Source: Takakia lepidozioides (lineage: Eukaryota > Plantae > Bryophyta). Taken from it: 64,000 nt of DNA. The notes beneath the pieces were generated by a model. That model searched no databases. It was not told where the DNA came from and saw only the letters and a program-made list of their open reading frames with translations. A program made the translations under genes and the position numbers. Shown here in pieces: positions 24,800 to 38,312 of this stretch (positions within the stretch are counted from its first letter, which is position 1; each line of letters begins with the position of its first letter). The stretch spans positions 66,154,001 through 66,218,000 of the forward strand of contig CM060732.1 in NCBI GenBank assembly GCA_030704615.1, written 5' to 3'.

Positions 24800-26468
24800 T
24801 AGTAATTCAGTTACAAACCGCCACTTTCTCTGCGATTGGTGGGTGTAAGCCTCACTCCAGAGTGCCTTACAGCTCTTTGTGAGTGTAAGTCAAGAGAGTG
24901 GTTTATAAGGGAATCAAGGCAGTGGTTGATGGGGACTGTCCTGACGCCAGCACCAGAGGCCATAATTACGGCAAAGCGATCCTGTAACAACCTTCAAGCA
25001 TGACGCCAGTTTACTCCCTTGAGACAAAAGAGGATATACCGTCATTTAGATGACCACATCCCGAGGTGCCTTTCCCCTTTTGCTATGAGCACAGAGTATG
25101 GGTTCATCTTGTCCTGCAGTGCTTGAACTTTTCAGGAATTTGGAGCAGACAACTGGCACCAATTGGAGAGAGGCTGGTCCAGAAGATTTTGTCACGACTG
25201 GGTTGAAAGTGGGGGTAAAAGGCCAATCAGATTGGCTGGTCCGTTACTTGGTTGAAGCAACTGTCCGTACTTTTTACTAGGTGGGGAGCTGTAGAATAGT
25301 AGAGGTCATGTGTAGGTGGTTTGTCCTTTTATTGCTAGTCCGCTAAATTACACTGGGGCAAAAGATAAGGCTCTGCTTATTTCACAAACAGTGAGATTGT
25401 GCAGTTGTCAGTACAAGCAGGGAGACGAGCAACGGGTTTTTGTCAGGGCTAGTCCCATGTATGTAGCATTTGCTGCAAGCCCAGTTTGCATTGGACAGTC
25501 AAAAGGTAAGTACCCCAGGAAATATCTGGGAACCAAGTGAAGCCAAAGTTAGAGCTGAGTTCTACAGAATGAGGGTGTTCGCACCCTTGCTTAGGATGTA
25601 ACGTAGCCTTCCAAGAATTAGAACGTCTTTCAGGTGGAGACCTGTGAAAAGACCTGTGTAATTTTCAAATGAGCTAGTCCGTTTCCTTTTCCCCACACTA
25701 CTGTCTCATAATAATTTTACTGTTATAATGTGACAAGAAGTATTTGGCCCTGCGAAACAAACGGCCTACCAGGGAACTTGGCAACCAGATGTTGGGTGGT
25801 TGCATACAGTTGACTGCAGCTGGAACTTTGGTGCTAAATCTTGGTTTTCAAGTAGATTGATTGGGGCATTGAGGCTGACACATGATGTCAGATTTGGGAA
25901 AAGTTGGGGGAGGGGTTATCTTCCTCTTATACAAGTCCGCTCACACCCCAGTCAATGACTACAGCCTCTCAGCAAGTGCAATTCTCAATCCATATACAAT
26001 GTCTTGGTACATGAGACTCCACCAGAGATCTAAGATCAGTGGAGTGTATCCCAGAGGTTCATAGAGTGCCGGACCTAATCATTCTGAGTCTACTTACTGA
26101 TTGTGAGGTAGATACACGATGATTATCTCATCTCGTTGGTGCTTTGAGAGTCTATTCAAGATTTGTGACGTGACTGTCTGTGGTGTCCACTCACTTGCAA
26201 ACAACTAACCTTCCCCCTTGCTGTTGCATTGACGGACATCCACTCGATAAGAATTTTCGCCTCGCGTACATCGAAAATCACTGGCATGTGAGCGATGAGA
26301 GGTGGAGTGCACTCAAGAACCGGAAAACTACAAGGAAAGAAAAGATCTTTTTCTACCACTAAATTGGATGTTGAGAGAAACTTTGGGTTTCAAACTGGGG
26401 GACAAATTAGGGATCTAAGAACATAGCAAATGGACAGCACTTTGTCAAGACTGATGAACGGTCCAGAC

Positions 26469-27554
26469 TAGTGTTGGACTAATATATAGGGCCTGTCCGG
26501 GTATCAACCAAGGTATTAAATAACCGACCCGGCTGGTATTGGCTGTTGTAATACTAAGGGTTAATATCCGAACCGCCTTAATATTGGCAATTCCAATACC
26601 TAGGTCAATACCCTACATAGGCTGATATTGACAAATGCGATACCCATGCAATACCCATATTACGGGTAAAAACAAGGACTATACACATGGTATAGATAAA
26701 AAGTTGTGCGGGTGTACCTATAGGGTCTGGGCATCTGTCTAGCCCCAAGGGCCCGCCACTATTCTTCATTTTTAGCACATGTCAGGTAGGGGCGATGTCC
26801 ACTTGGCATTAACAACCTCAATAAATTGTCCTAATTTTAAAGAATTGGCCAGATGACGACGTGCGGACGGATTGCAAGGTGGTTGAGTGAGAGATCTAGG
26901 ATTTCTTTTGGTTGGAAGACAATATGATTGATGAATATGAGGACCTCATATATATATATATATATAAGCGCCTCCCTAGGAGCGTAAATATGGTGTCTCT
27001 TCAGCACAAGGGCTACTGCCTTTCACCTAAAAGGTGGACACCGGATACCTTCATGACACACCAGACCGTGGTGAACCCACAATCACATCCAACGTGGTAT
27101 GTGCCCATTAGATGAAAGGTGGACCTCATTGCATATTCCGGCATGTTTGACGATGAGGCTTGCAATCATTTTTCTTCTTAACCAAGCTTGCTTCATTTTG
27201 CATACTAAAATCTGCAACATTATTATGTAATGCAAAATCTGAAATTTTTGCAACATAGTATCTAATTTCTTTGTGAAATCACGTATGCTTCTAAACTAAA
27301 GGCATATTAATGATTTGGTGGTTATTTTTATTTTTATTTTTATTATTTATATCCGGGTTGATAACCGGCTAATATTACGATTGAAATACCCCTCCTATTG
27401 ATACCCGTCCGCAAATCAAAAATCATATTGCTATTGAGAACCAGGAATATTAAGGTTAAATGAATTTTCCAATACTATGGGACCAGCTGGTATTGAAAAA
27501 AAAAAATCATACCAAGACCCGCGGTATTAGAAAAAATGCTATCCGCCAACAATG
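26469..27554. mobile_element. Non-autonomous hAT-type DNA transposon, copy 2
   Basis: Ends TAGTGTTGG...CCAACAATG; 8-bp TSD GTCCAGAC (26461-26468) / GTCCAGTC (27555-27562). Homologous to 4227-6135. Confidence 0.82.
26950..27120 (-). mobile_element. tRNA-derived SINE, family 1 (5'-truncated, (TA)n tail), nested in hAT copy 2
   Basis: Homologous to 5565-5732 and 15385-15563. TSD GGACCTCAT at 26941-26949 and 27121-27129. The empty site (gaggacctcattgc) is visible in hAT copy 1 at ~5305. Confidence 0.85.
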
Positions 27555-27688
27555 GTCCAGTCTCTAGAATTCCTCTAAGGGATTTTTAACTAGTTTAGTA
27601 CTATATATATACGCCCCGAGCACTCTCCCATGACCTAGCCTTGTGTGCATTCGCCTCACTGGGATGATTTGTTTGCTTTTCATTGAAC

Positions 27689-28120
27689 AATATTAGGGTC
27701 TTGAATGCTCGCGCGTGTGGCTGCGACGGGGCTGTGTGGATGCGGAGGGTTGGAGCGCCCCTACCTAGACCCGGCTAGTATGCTCGGCCCACAATATACA
27801 CATAAAATATTAGTTATTGCAAGGGTTTGAAGTTAAGAGCAATGAACAATAAAAACAAGGTTTGGTATTCAAATCCTGTCAAGTTGTATTGCGGCAGTAA
27901 TGTGGGTTATTAAATATATATTTTGTCGAAGGGTCTGCTAGTCCGCTCGTCGGTCTGTTGGAGGGTTAAGCCTAGTCCACTAGAAGGTCAGCCGCGATAG
28001 ATGAACAAGGACTTAGAAAATTTTCAGAATCTGGCCAACCTGTGAATGGGCGGTGGGCTTATGAGCTCGCCCCATGGGCCGTTTTGGCGGGGGCATATGT
28101 GCATTCAAGACCCTAATATT
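27689..28120. mobile_element. MITE with perfect terminal inverted repeats
   Basis: AATATTAGGGTCTTGAATGC (27689-27708) and its exact reverse complement GCATTCAAGACCCTAATATT (28101-28120). Superfamily is ambiguous. Confidence 0.75.
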
Positions 28121-28446
28121 AAAAACTGAGAGGCGATTTGTTTGCAGTCACTCCCAAGTATTCCATTTTTAATATACTTTTATGTAAGTTAGATACTTGT
28201 TTGTGTCGCCCAGTCTTGCATTACTGTACTATTTAGTTGGTCGGTAATGAACATGTCAATGTTCAGGACATCCTCAGAAAGGAATATGCTTGACTAAAAA
28301 ATAGTAGCCCAAATACATTCCATACTGAAATTTGGCATGTTCCAGTTGGAAGGGCTGTCTATCTTACCTAAAATTAGATAATGTTATTGATCCAAATTTC
28401 AGCGTCTTTATACATAGTTATTCTCAAAACTAGTGCTTTGCTCAAG

Positions 28447-28520
28447 AGCGATGTGGCCCGGTGGTATGACATCCCACACATTGCCCTGTGGGTTGGGGGT
28501 TCAAACCCCTGTGTTGCCTC
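28447..28520 (+). mobile_element. tRNA-like sequence (SINE head or tRNA pseudogene)
   Basis: A-box TGGCCCGGTGG, B-box GGTTCAAACCC, CCCACA/TGTGGG stem. The loop is non-canonical and the acceptor stem is wobble-rich, so it is not a functional tRNA. Confidence 0.6.
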
Positions 28521-28964
28521 TATGGGCCAGAAAGGGGCTTAATTGTTGATTCTCCCCTTCTCAATGTATAGTGGTTCAACACAAAAAACCGTTGTAAAGA
28601 TCAAACGTATGAGAAGTAGGTAGTCCATGAAATAATGGACGAATGATGAACTTTTTTCATCCATGAAGCGGAATGTCTGTATTATAGCCACATCTCCTAT
28701 ACATGAAACTTGACACACTATCTCCATTGTCATGGATGAAAGCTTGAAAATTGTTAGCCCTCGCAGATGGAAAACATTGACATACTCAAATTTTTGGTAA
28801 AAAATGAGATCTGAAATATTTTTGGCATCGATGAAGAAATTGGAGGTGACTAACTATAATGTCGAGGAAGATGAGGGTGGGGCTCCACATGTCCATATTT
28901 TTGTATTCTTTATATAATATGTATATAATGAACATCAATTGGGGGAATTTTTGAAGGTGAAAAA

Positions 28965-29100
28965 ATGAGAGACGGTTGGACCAGGGGACGACGTTGGAGC
29001 ATCCCCCAATTGCTGTATGTACTTGCGAAGCTTCACCGACACCGACTTCACTCGTCTACGATTGATGTAAGCATTTGGGGACCTTCACAAGACCATGTCG
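28965..29100 (+). pseudogene. SWIM zinc-finger remnant (probable Mutator-like transposase relic)
   Basis: The frame starting at 29018 reads CTCEASPTPTSLVYD*CKHL, i.e. CxCx13CxH with an internal stop. Confidence 0.35.
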
Positions 29101-29569
29101 TTGCAGCCTTTACAACTACCTCATGCTCGATGGACATGATAAAGGTATCATCATCCTACACCCGCAACCAAAGAGTGTTAAAGGTGACATAGGGAAGTGG
29201 GGCAAGGAATGTACAACTAGGGAAGCATGCACTTTCTCACGAAAGGAGCAAAGCAAGAAGAGCAGCCAGAATTTACGTCAAATAGGTTTCATATGATTAA
29301 GATATGGCCAAACAGACATCCATAATATCCCACATTTGGGCCCTGGCCGCGGCTGGACACAAGGCTTCATCCCATCATCCTCTTGCTTCACTCGATTGCA
29401 TCTTTTCCTGCATCCCAACCCGGGTTCACTCCCCACCTCTCACAAATTACATCATAGAATTTGATCAACTTATTTTGGAAAATTCCAAATACTCTTGGCA
29501 GCATGCCAAAATGGAAAACCAGATGCAAGAGGGTTAGCATAGCGAGCTCCGAGTCTATTCCTGGCCTTA

Positions 29570-29917
29570 GAGCATCCCCACCCTACACTGAACGTAGCAT
29601 GCCAACGGAATATCCGGGTGCGGTGGGGGAAAACGTCCACACCTTTGCAATGAACCCGAGTGTTGTGTTCAGGAACCGAATACGCCCCTGAATCCAAGTC
29701 AAGGTGACCATGCCCAGGTCTAGAACGTGCGTGTCAACAGCTTGGCAACAAGAGCACGGCCCCTCCTGCCAATGGGAGTCAAGCTGCGCAGGGACGATTC
29801 AAGGGCAAGGGTGTGCACGAGGAGAGGCTGCCTCGCCACAGAACCCAACAAGCCCTGAATCGATCACGTAATTTTGGCGATACAGGGAGCCTTTCGGGCT
29901 CAAGGGTGGGGATGCCC
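29570..29917. mobile_element. Tourist-like (PIF/Harbinger) MITE
   Basis: TIRs GAGCATCCCCACCC / GGGTGGGGATGCCC; TTA TSD at 29567-29569 and 29918-29920. Confidence 0.82.
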
Positions 29918-29920
29918 TTA

Positions 29921-30321
29921 GGGCATGACCAACAATCGCTCACTAAACTGCCGCTCCATCACTATGTTAGTGAGGCGTATGGTGATGCCCGCAAGCTAGA
30001 TAGTGCCTCGGCGGGCAAGTGCCCAAGCAGCAACCCACCATATCCATAGTAGAGCAATGACGCCAGGCTGAGGTGACATTGGGCCCGACCACCTTCCGCG
30101 CCACCCGTCATTACATTACATGTCATGCTAAGTGGCAGCGGATCCGGAGAATGCCACTCTCCAAACGCGCTGGAGATAGTGCGGGAGTTGGACGAAATTT
30201 GGTGAGGTTCACCATTTGAAGTGCGAGAATGTGCTGCTAGGGATGGGCGATCCCACCCGAAATCCGAGGCCGCTCTATTTTGAAGATAGAACACCAGAAA
30301 ACCCGCCTGCTGGGCATGCTC
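29921..30321. mobile_element. Second Tourist-like MITE directly abutting the first
   Basis: Imperfect TIRs GGGCATGACCAAC / GCTGGGCATGCTC, flanked by TTA and TCA. Confidence 0.6.
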
Positions 30322-33300
30322 TCAGGCCTCCCAAGATTATTTTTTCATTAGCCTCCTCATCCCCTTTCTGGAAATATAAATTAAAAAATAGTGGCAAGTC
30401 CTGCCGCCTGTAGTATCACGAGGTGTGCTGGAACTGAACTCTCGAGCACTCGGAATATCCACTGAGGAATAGGCCACCTTCCTAAATCTGGGTTTCTCTG
30501 ATGCGAATGCCAAGTGAGAATATGTTTTTCATTCATCCAATATTATGAGCGCGTGCACTCTCACATCCATCCAATTTCCTGCAATATTCGTATGACGGAC
30601 TTTACCCAAAGATATCTAAGGGTGGCGAAACTTACTTACTTCAGATGGACTTGGAGTCTTGGCGCGTGCGGGGCAACCCGCGTGACGTGGTCGCGTTCAG
30701 ACCCCCCGCTGCGCACCGCCGCGGCCTCCTCGCGAGACGCCACGCAGAGGGCAGGACTTGTTGCAGATGGCGAGCACACCTTGTATTTATAGCCTCGTGG
30801 CACGAAGATCAGTGCAAGTGATATGGGATAATTCACGACGTCGCATAAATTCACAAGACCAAGCTAGTGTATGCTACCCGTGGTCTTAATTGTGTACATG
30901 GATGGCGGAAGGATGGACCGAAAAGCGATTCATCCATCCTGCCCCGCGGTGCCCCTGCGAGCTTCTCGAGGGCTACCGAGGTTCGGGACTCAGGTTCGGG
31001 ACCAGGGCAGTGCGAGGCTACAGCCGCCTTCCTTCGGATGGTCGTGGATTGTCGTCCCTCCCACCCACCTTCCTCCCGTCTCGCATTCCGTGCTCCCACT
31101 CTCAGATTTCTACTCTCGATGCGAGTGGGTTGGTGAAGAGTTGGGGGATATTTCTCTCTCGGGAAGACAGACAGACAGACATTCGCTTAAAATAAAACAT
31201 TTTCCCTAATCCACTCTCTCCACGGTTTAAAACTCTGGCGATTTTAGATCTTAGTTTGCAGTTCGTGGAGACATATTCTTCGGGGTCGTCTCTCTTCATC
31301 TCATCCTTGTAGTCTCAAATCTAACCTTGGACAGGTCATTTTCCAGTCTGCGGGGAATCCTCTGTTTTTGTTATACCTGCCTCGTCACTCTTACTCTGTT
31401 GCGACATCATCGGATTTTTCCTGCCATTTTCTGATAGTCGTTGGTGTTTTGACTTCAAAGCAAGCAGTGCTGTCTTCGGAGACGTATTACTATTCTGTTT
31501 GGAGCATTGGAGGTCGGAGATTTATGAAGTATTCTCAGCGCATGTCCCGTCTCTCGCAGGTGAGCTTTTCCATCGCCTCTCAAGGCATGGCTTCCCCCAC
31601 ACTTGAAAATCATCTTCCTTTCTTTTTCGTTTTTTCTTGTTACCAGCGCCTCTGTATCTGGGTTTGTCTTTTTTTTTGTACATTCTGGCTCAAACTCCCC
31701 TTTTTGCCCGTCCGCTGGCATAGATCGTCCTCTGTTCCTGGAGTACAGCAAAATGGCAGGTGTTTTGAATAGAGGATGGACGGGCAGGACCTCGTCGGGC
31801 AAGACGATCCCCTGGTTGCACTGGATGTGAGAGGTGTTCTGAAGCAGAAAACGTTGTGATACTTTACGAGGTCGGAGGGAGACATGAGAATCTGGATTTC
31901 ATAGCCTGCTTTGATTTCGTCCTCAATGGCAATATATTGTTTCTCAGCTTGGATTTTGTTTTCCGATGGGGATCCAGAACAGATGTTCTATTCTTCTCAT
32001 CATTTGCGAACACCGTGACTGGATTAACACCATACATCCTCTCAATAAGGGGAAGAAGAACTGAGGCGTAATATTTCACGTCGGTGGTAGGTGGCTTTCC
32101 TGTCCAGTAAGGAGGGACATCTTGCTTCGTTTTTCTCTTTCTTTTTTTAAGTGTCCCCTCATTTGGGGGGCCCTCAACATTCGTCATTATGGATTTGCAG
32201 AATTTCGCAGTCTATGAGGAGCCCATGTATGAACACGGATTCAGCAGATTATTTATCCTGCTTGAGTGGTTGATCGAAGTATAAGTGGAGGGTAAATGGA
32301 AGAGCGGAACCATTGATTTGCACGATGTTAGTGGATTTGTGGGTTTGGGGACAAAATTCTTACTGTGTAGCCTCTTATGATAGTTGTGGAACTAACATAC
32401 AGAAATATTTCCTGGTGAGCTTGTAAAAAGCCTATCAGTTTTGTCAAAATTTTGCTATTGAGTTCCTATTTGTCCCCACCTTTTTTTAATCCAGAGGGGC
32501 CAGATTTTCCTCGAAGTTTCCTACCAAGAAAGTTGTTGGTAAACACCATCAATTCCAATGTAATCGCAGTTGAGAATTTGAAAGGGTAGGAGTGTTGGTG
32601 ATGATCTCCATCTTGCCATTTTTTCACTCTTATGCAGATTCTAGCCTATTGGTAAACGATTTAGTCTTCCCAGCTGTATGTCACCAATACAGATTGTTTG
32701 CAAATAATTAGAGCCCTTTGTTCTGTATAACTAAGTATAGAACCTGCCCTTTAGGAAACGCTTTAGCAAATGTAACATCTCAGTTACAGGATTCCATGCT
32801 GCTCGGAAAGGCATGCATACCTTGCCAGATATTTTCGGTTTTAGGGGTTTTTGTGAGGACTGACATTAAAGCTTGGAGTTCTTTCTTTTCCGAGAGAAAG
32901 AAAATGACCTTTAATGGCCATTCCAACCATAGTATGAATGAGGCTATCACAACCCAGCACAGCCCAGCCAGTTGACTCCAATTTAGATGATGCTAGGAGA
33001 CATCTTAAGCTGTTTGAACTTTTCCTTGGACACAGATTTCTTGGAAGTCAAAATCCCTATGTTGGTTGCTTTGCAGCCTTACAGATGGGAGGGTCTGTCA
33101 ACCTACTCTCTGTAGCTGAGTCTGAAGAGCCATAAAAAGAAGATCAATACGTTTGGTGGTCATTATCTATAATCACAGGTTCTTGGAATGCTGGAGATGG
33201 CGTCTGTATGTAGGAAGTAGATCATTGGCAGGTAGTGACTGTGGAGGTGCAATTAAATTCTAAGGTCTTTGGAGGGTAGTACAATGAGCCATTGCTCGCC

Positions 33301-33491
33301 TTCCAATTGGACATCCCTTCTACTGTATTTTTGCAGGTGAGTTTTTGGTATGTTTTCCCAGAGACGTCTGGGTCGTGGAGCTAAAGCACACTCGCAACAG
33401 CTTAGTAATTTCATTTGAGGATGGCCTAAATCATCATGTTTGTGTTGTTTTTGACAGATTTTTGACGCATTATAATGTTTTTCAGGTGTGA

Positions 33492-36415
33492 ATGCTCCCC
33501 TCTAGGTGCAGATGGAGTAAGCACTCTGTTGACAAACCAGTGACCTGGCCTGACAAGCACTGGTGGCACTGCAAGTCTGTGAAGAGATTATCTCTTAAAA
33601 AACTTGGTGCGCGAAGGCACATGCTTGGATCTGTGTGTCACCGGCTGTCAGTTTCGGGCAGAACCTCCTGTCCTTCAAGTTTGGTCTTCCCAAAACCCTC
33701 ACAATCGAACAGTTTCCACAATCTTCAAGCAGTTAAGGTGGCGCTCCCTCAGTCTCCCCCATCCAGCCCCCATGCCCATTCTTATAAACACATAACATGC
33801 TCCACTGGGACTGGCAGCCTACCCCACACCATTCGGCGGTCACGTGCGTCTGCACGGCCAGACAAATCTCAGCAGAATACCTTCTCACCATTGGCTATGG
33901 ATAATTATGGTCCAGTGCTGCCTATGAAGAGCTTCCCCCATCATTCGAGTACCTGCCTGCTTGCAGCCAATGGGAACATTGGGGCTACAATCTGGCATGC
34001 ACTTCTTCCGGCTCGCCACTTTGCAGTTGTAGACTGCGAAGCCACTTTGCTGTCAAGACGAGCCTTACCAGGGCCATCAATCATGGAAGGCTCTGCTGGA
34101 AAATCAGCTGTTGAACCCGCAGCAGCCTCCGTCACTGCTGTAAAGTCTGGGGTAAGTGGAGGCCGGGTATAATTAGTACTTTGTTTTGAATGATGTCACA
34201 ATGTCCTGGGGCACACATTCAGTAATTTGGTACTTTCTTATTTCATGATAGCTATCGAATCATGATTTGTGAGCCTCGTTGGTCTTCACGGTTACTTTTA
34301 GAACGCCCGGATCTGCTTCTCATCGCTCACAGCAAGACAAATGCATTTTGCAGGCAGAACCTCTATCATATAGCCTGGGGGGATTGAGGGCCGGTATGTT
34401 GGCATTTGAAAGCGTTGGCATGGCAAAGCTTGGGAGTGTAAATGGAAGCCTTACCATGGCTACTGGGTTGAGGGAGGGCTCCTGGAATGTCGCGTGGGAT
34501 GCCCGACCTGCTCGCTGGCTTCATGGCCGACACTCAGCCTGGCTACTCTTTGGGGTTTGTGCATGCTTTTCTGCTGCTGCCACTGCCTCTGTACCTCTCA
34601 TTGCTACCACCACTAGCTCGCCTGCCCTTGCTGAAGCTTTGTCCGATGGCATGCCAGATCCTCTGGCACTTCCTGAACCCGAGTCTCAGCCAGTGGAACC
34701 ACAGGTTTCACATGGCAAGCAAGTTCACACCAACTATACTGTAACTGGTAAGTCTTCAACATGGGCCCATTTAAAATGACTTTCTTAGCTTCGGCTAGAG
34801 GATAAGATTCTTTCAGTTGCATATTGACAGCCACCTGTCAGTCAAACTGCATGGTATACCATTGCATGTAGGACAGTTCTTAGGATGGATGATTTCGAGG
34901 TTTCAGTCTGAGAGTTCAGTAACTTTGGGAACTTACCAGTATCCATTGTGATAGAAAATTGATCAGATTCTTGAGAATTTTCATTTGTAAGTAGGGGATG
35001 TATTTGTTGGGGTTGGGAAAGCAGGCATACCAGGTGATGGAAGGTGTTTGTTTCGGGCAGTTGCGCATGGAGCCTCCTTGAGAAGCGGGAAGGCAGCTCC
35101 TAATGAAAGTTTGCAGCGTGAGCTTGCTGATGAATTGCGCAACAGAGTTGTGGACGAGCTGATTAAACGACGAGATACAATAGAGTGGTGTGCCCTGTTT
35201 TCTCTTTTTTCTTTTCTATACTTATAAAGAGAAAAGGCTGTAAGGCTAATTAGACCTTCCTTTCTAGGGTTAAAATCCGAACCCTCCTGGAGAAGTTATG
35301 CAGGGTGAGGGACTCTTTGTTTTACTTTCTCCCAGAGGGGCCCCTCAGGTTGTCCCATAAATTATATTGAGTTCCTTTTCTTTCTTTCTCGATATTTCCA
35401 TAGCAAAGGCAAAAATGATTAGTTGGCAGGTCTTGCTACCGCGCCAGAGGCAAAAGGTTTTAGGTGTAATGGTTCGTGTCTATTGGCGCAGTTTGACCAT
35501 ATGTGGATCAGTGCTGCAGGTTGAAGTTGACCATGTTTTGACTCTGAGATGTCTCGGAAAAAGTGCAGGTTCATAGAAGGTGATTTTGACACTTATGTGA
35601 AGCGCATGCGGCAAACACATGTGTGGGGGGGCGAGCCAGAGCTCCTTATGCTTTCTCATGTTCTTGAGTACGTCTCTTACTCCCTTGATGTTTTACCAGT
35701 TAAACCCATCCATTTTCTGTTGTTTCTTCTTTTTGACAACTATTCGGAGCTTTCATGATCCTGTTTCTTTTGTACATTATGAATGAAGAGTCAGTACTTT
35801 CATGTTGAATTTTGGAGATTGGCTTAGAGAGTGAACTTCAGATGTTCTCATTAATCGTTTCTTCTCCACACCTTACGCAAGGGACACCTGCAGGCTTACC
35901 CAGGATGGCATGAAACTGGGTTCAAAATTCCCTTCATGTCAGCTCACTACAGTCTAGGTCCAGGCAGATCACATTCACACATCATAGTGAAGTGCTCCAT
36001 GTTAGTTTCTGCTATTGCCGCCCTCAACTGCTTGGAGGAATGTGGCCGTGGGTTCATAGCACAGCTGTGATATGGTGCTGTCTGTGATTGCTTTGCCTAG
36101 GTTACAGTAATTCAGATACTCAACTCCCCACTACTGAACCTGTTCATATGAGACTCCTGACCCAAGGGTTAACAAAGTTGAGGTTCTGTGAGACCACCTG
36201 GAGGAATGTGCTGAATGGGGACGAAATGGTTCTATGGATGCAGAATGCCAATTACAGTGTATATGTCGGAACAAAAAACAGACGGAGGCCTTATTGCTAT
36301 TGCTGAGTATGGTCAAGAATATGGCAGAGATGACCCTGTCCGGGTCTTATATCATGGGTTTGGTCATTATGAGGCGTTGCAGATACCCAAAGAAAATTTT
36401 CCCTCAAAACTGTAG
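33492..36415 (+). CDS. OTU4: OTU-domain deubiquitinase, OTU4-like. Exons 33492-34151, 34354-34747, 35025-35187, 35569-35667, 36244-36415. Start uncertain: ATG 33492, ATG 33621, or an upstream exon 31753-31826 spliced to 33506
   Basis: GATIWHALLP, EGSWNVAWDARPARWLH, HGKQVHTNYTVTGIPGDGRCLFRAVAHG (catalytic Asp/Cys), WFIEGDFDTYV, WGGEPELLM.SHVL.MPITVY, AEYGQEYG.DDP.RVLYHGFGHYEAL (catalytic His), C-terminal SKL. Confidence 0.92.
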
Positions 36416-37643
36416 GTAGGAAATTTAACGGCATTAATTTAGGGTAATTGGAGGTAGGGTTGATCGGTTGGACCAGCCACAAAGGCTGATATTGTCATTT
36501 TTCCATTGAGCAATAGAGTTGAAGGCAACAGTTGTGTATATGGTAATAGCTTGGGGAGTTGTTGTGGTGGTATCATTGTCCATTCCTTTCCTTGCTGCAT
36601 CCTCACCTTAGGCCGCGGTCTCCAAGCTCAAAAAGTTGTTAAATCTGTGGGTTGTGGGCCGCACTGGAGACCAATTTTTCAGTTGAAGAGGCCACGCCCA
36701 AGCATATTACAGAGACACAGGTTGAATGTGAAGAAACCTGGAGGCAGTAGCCCCACGAGACAAAATCAACACTTGATTTAATGAAATTCCTCTCTTTTTC
36801 CAATTCTACTGTGGAATGATCTCACGGCAGCAGCAGGCAACAGCCAACACTTTCTTGACAGTCAGACTCAGTTGACAACTGTAACTAACTGCTGGGCCTA
36901 GTGATTAGAATGTCTTGTAGTAGGTCACAGTAAATGTGAGCAGGAGGTATGCAATGAACCATAGGAACATGACTTCTAGCTTCATTTTGACTTGACATTA
37001 AAAATCCTCATGCGGCCAGCCAGCAGGGGAGTGAAAAGATAGATGCCTCAACACAACACCATTCTGCATTTGAAAAGTGTGATAGTAAAGCTTTTTCATA
37101 ACCCATGGAGCAGCGACATGAGATGAGATGACAATATGATGTCTGTGGAAGCAAGAAACCAGAAAGAGAGAGAGGCCCTCCACAAGCAGCCTGAAAACAA
37201 CTATTGATGGCAAGGGATTGTCTAAGAGAAAATGCCTAATCTAGATGTGCTGCCAAGCATTTCTGATAGTCGTAGTGGAACACCTGAAAAAAGGTTGCAC
37301 TTGAATAAAGGTGAGCCAACCACCGCAACCCTTTCTACATACACACATACCTAGGCTTCCATAGATCAAATCTCAAAGAGGGACAACATCACATCTACAC
37401 TGGGGCATTCCTAGGTCTTCTACAGGATCGTGTGAGAGAGAAAGGAGGACAGACACAAGTTGTTTTGGGTCTGCCCCCACGCAGGACTACGCAAAGGGTT
37501 TCTCGAGAGCTGCGACTGTCTCGGGACCTTTTTCTCACATATGAAGGAAATTCATCCAAAAAGAAAGGAAACAGAGGCGCTACTACCCCTTGTTTTCCTT
37601 TAAATTATAAAAGGTAAACGCCTGCAAAAAAAAGAAACAAAAA

Positions 37644-37774
37644 AAGGGTAAACGCCTTGGAGCGACAGCTCACAAATCAGGCCCCTTAATTATCGTGAGA
37701 AAAGAAAATAACCTCTTTCACACTAGCCTCGCTGTGAAGGCTTTTGCGTGGGACACCGGCCAAGGGAAATAGCA
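37644..37774 (-). mobile_element. SINE family 2, 5'-truncated body and 3' end
   Basis: The reverse complement (gtgtccca...aagccttcac.gcgagg.ta.tgtgaaagaggttattttct...ggggcctgatttgtgagct.tcgctcc) matches 18350-18460. Confidence 0.8.
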
Positions 37775-38312
37775 ATGCATTTGTCACATCTGCGGAAAGT
37801 CCAATGAGGGTCCACCGGACAGAGAACAGAAAGACAAAGGACCCAGAGATAACTTTATAAGGTCCACAAGGCCCCATGGCTTGCAGAGAGTTTACAAACA
37901 CCCCATAAACTCAGAAACTTTCTCAAACCCCACCAACTACTGCACATTTGTGACAATTTTCATGCGGTGAGATACATACAACACAAAACACCAACCAACC
38001 ATTAGTGTTGAAGCATCCTGTCCAACGAGATGCTTGAGGGGGGGAAGAGAGTTTTGGACTGAGTGTTGCCGCCATTGTTGAGAAGTCAAGTGATGAGTTG
38101 CTGCATAATTACAGCCGAAAAAATGAAAGCAAGGGCATTGGGAAATGGAGACCTATGCGTGAACCTACAAGTTTGAGTTCCACAATTTGTTTTCTATAAA
38201 TTTTTAGATCCCAGAGGACATGCGGCCCCTTGTGGCCTCTCTCTGTGTCAAAAGAATTGGACTAGATATTTTACACATCTGGCTCTCTATTCCCTTTTCA
38301 AAAGTCGGCACA

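Noticed and set aside
28447-28520. Functional tRNA gene (likewise 17914-17980)
   Set aside because: A/B boxes are present, but the anticodon loop and acceptor stem are non-canonical; better explained as SINE heads.
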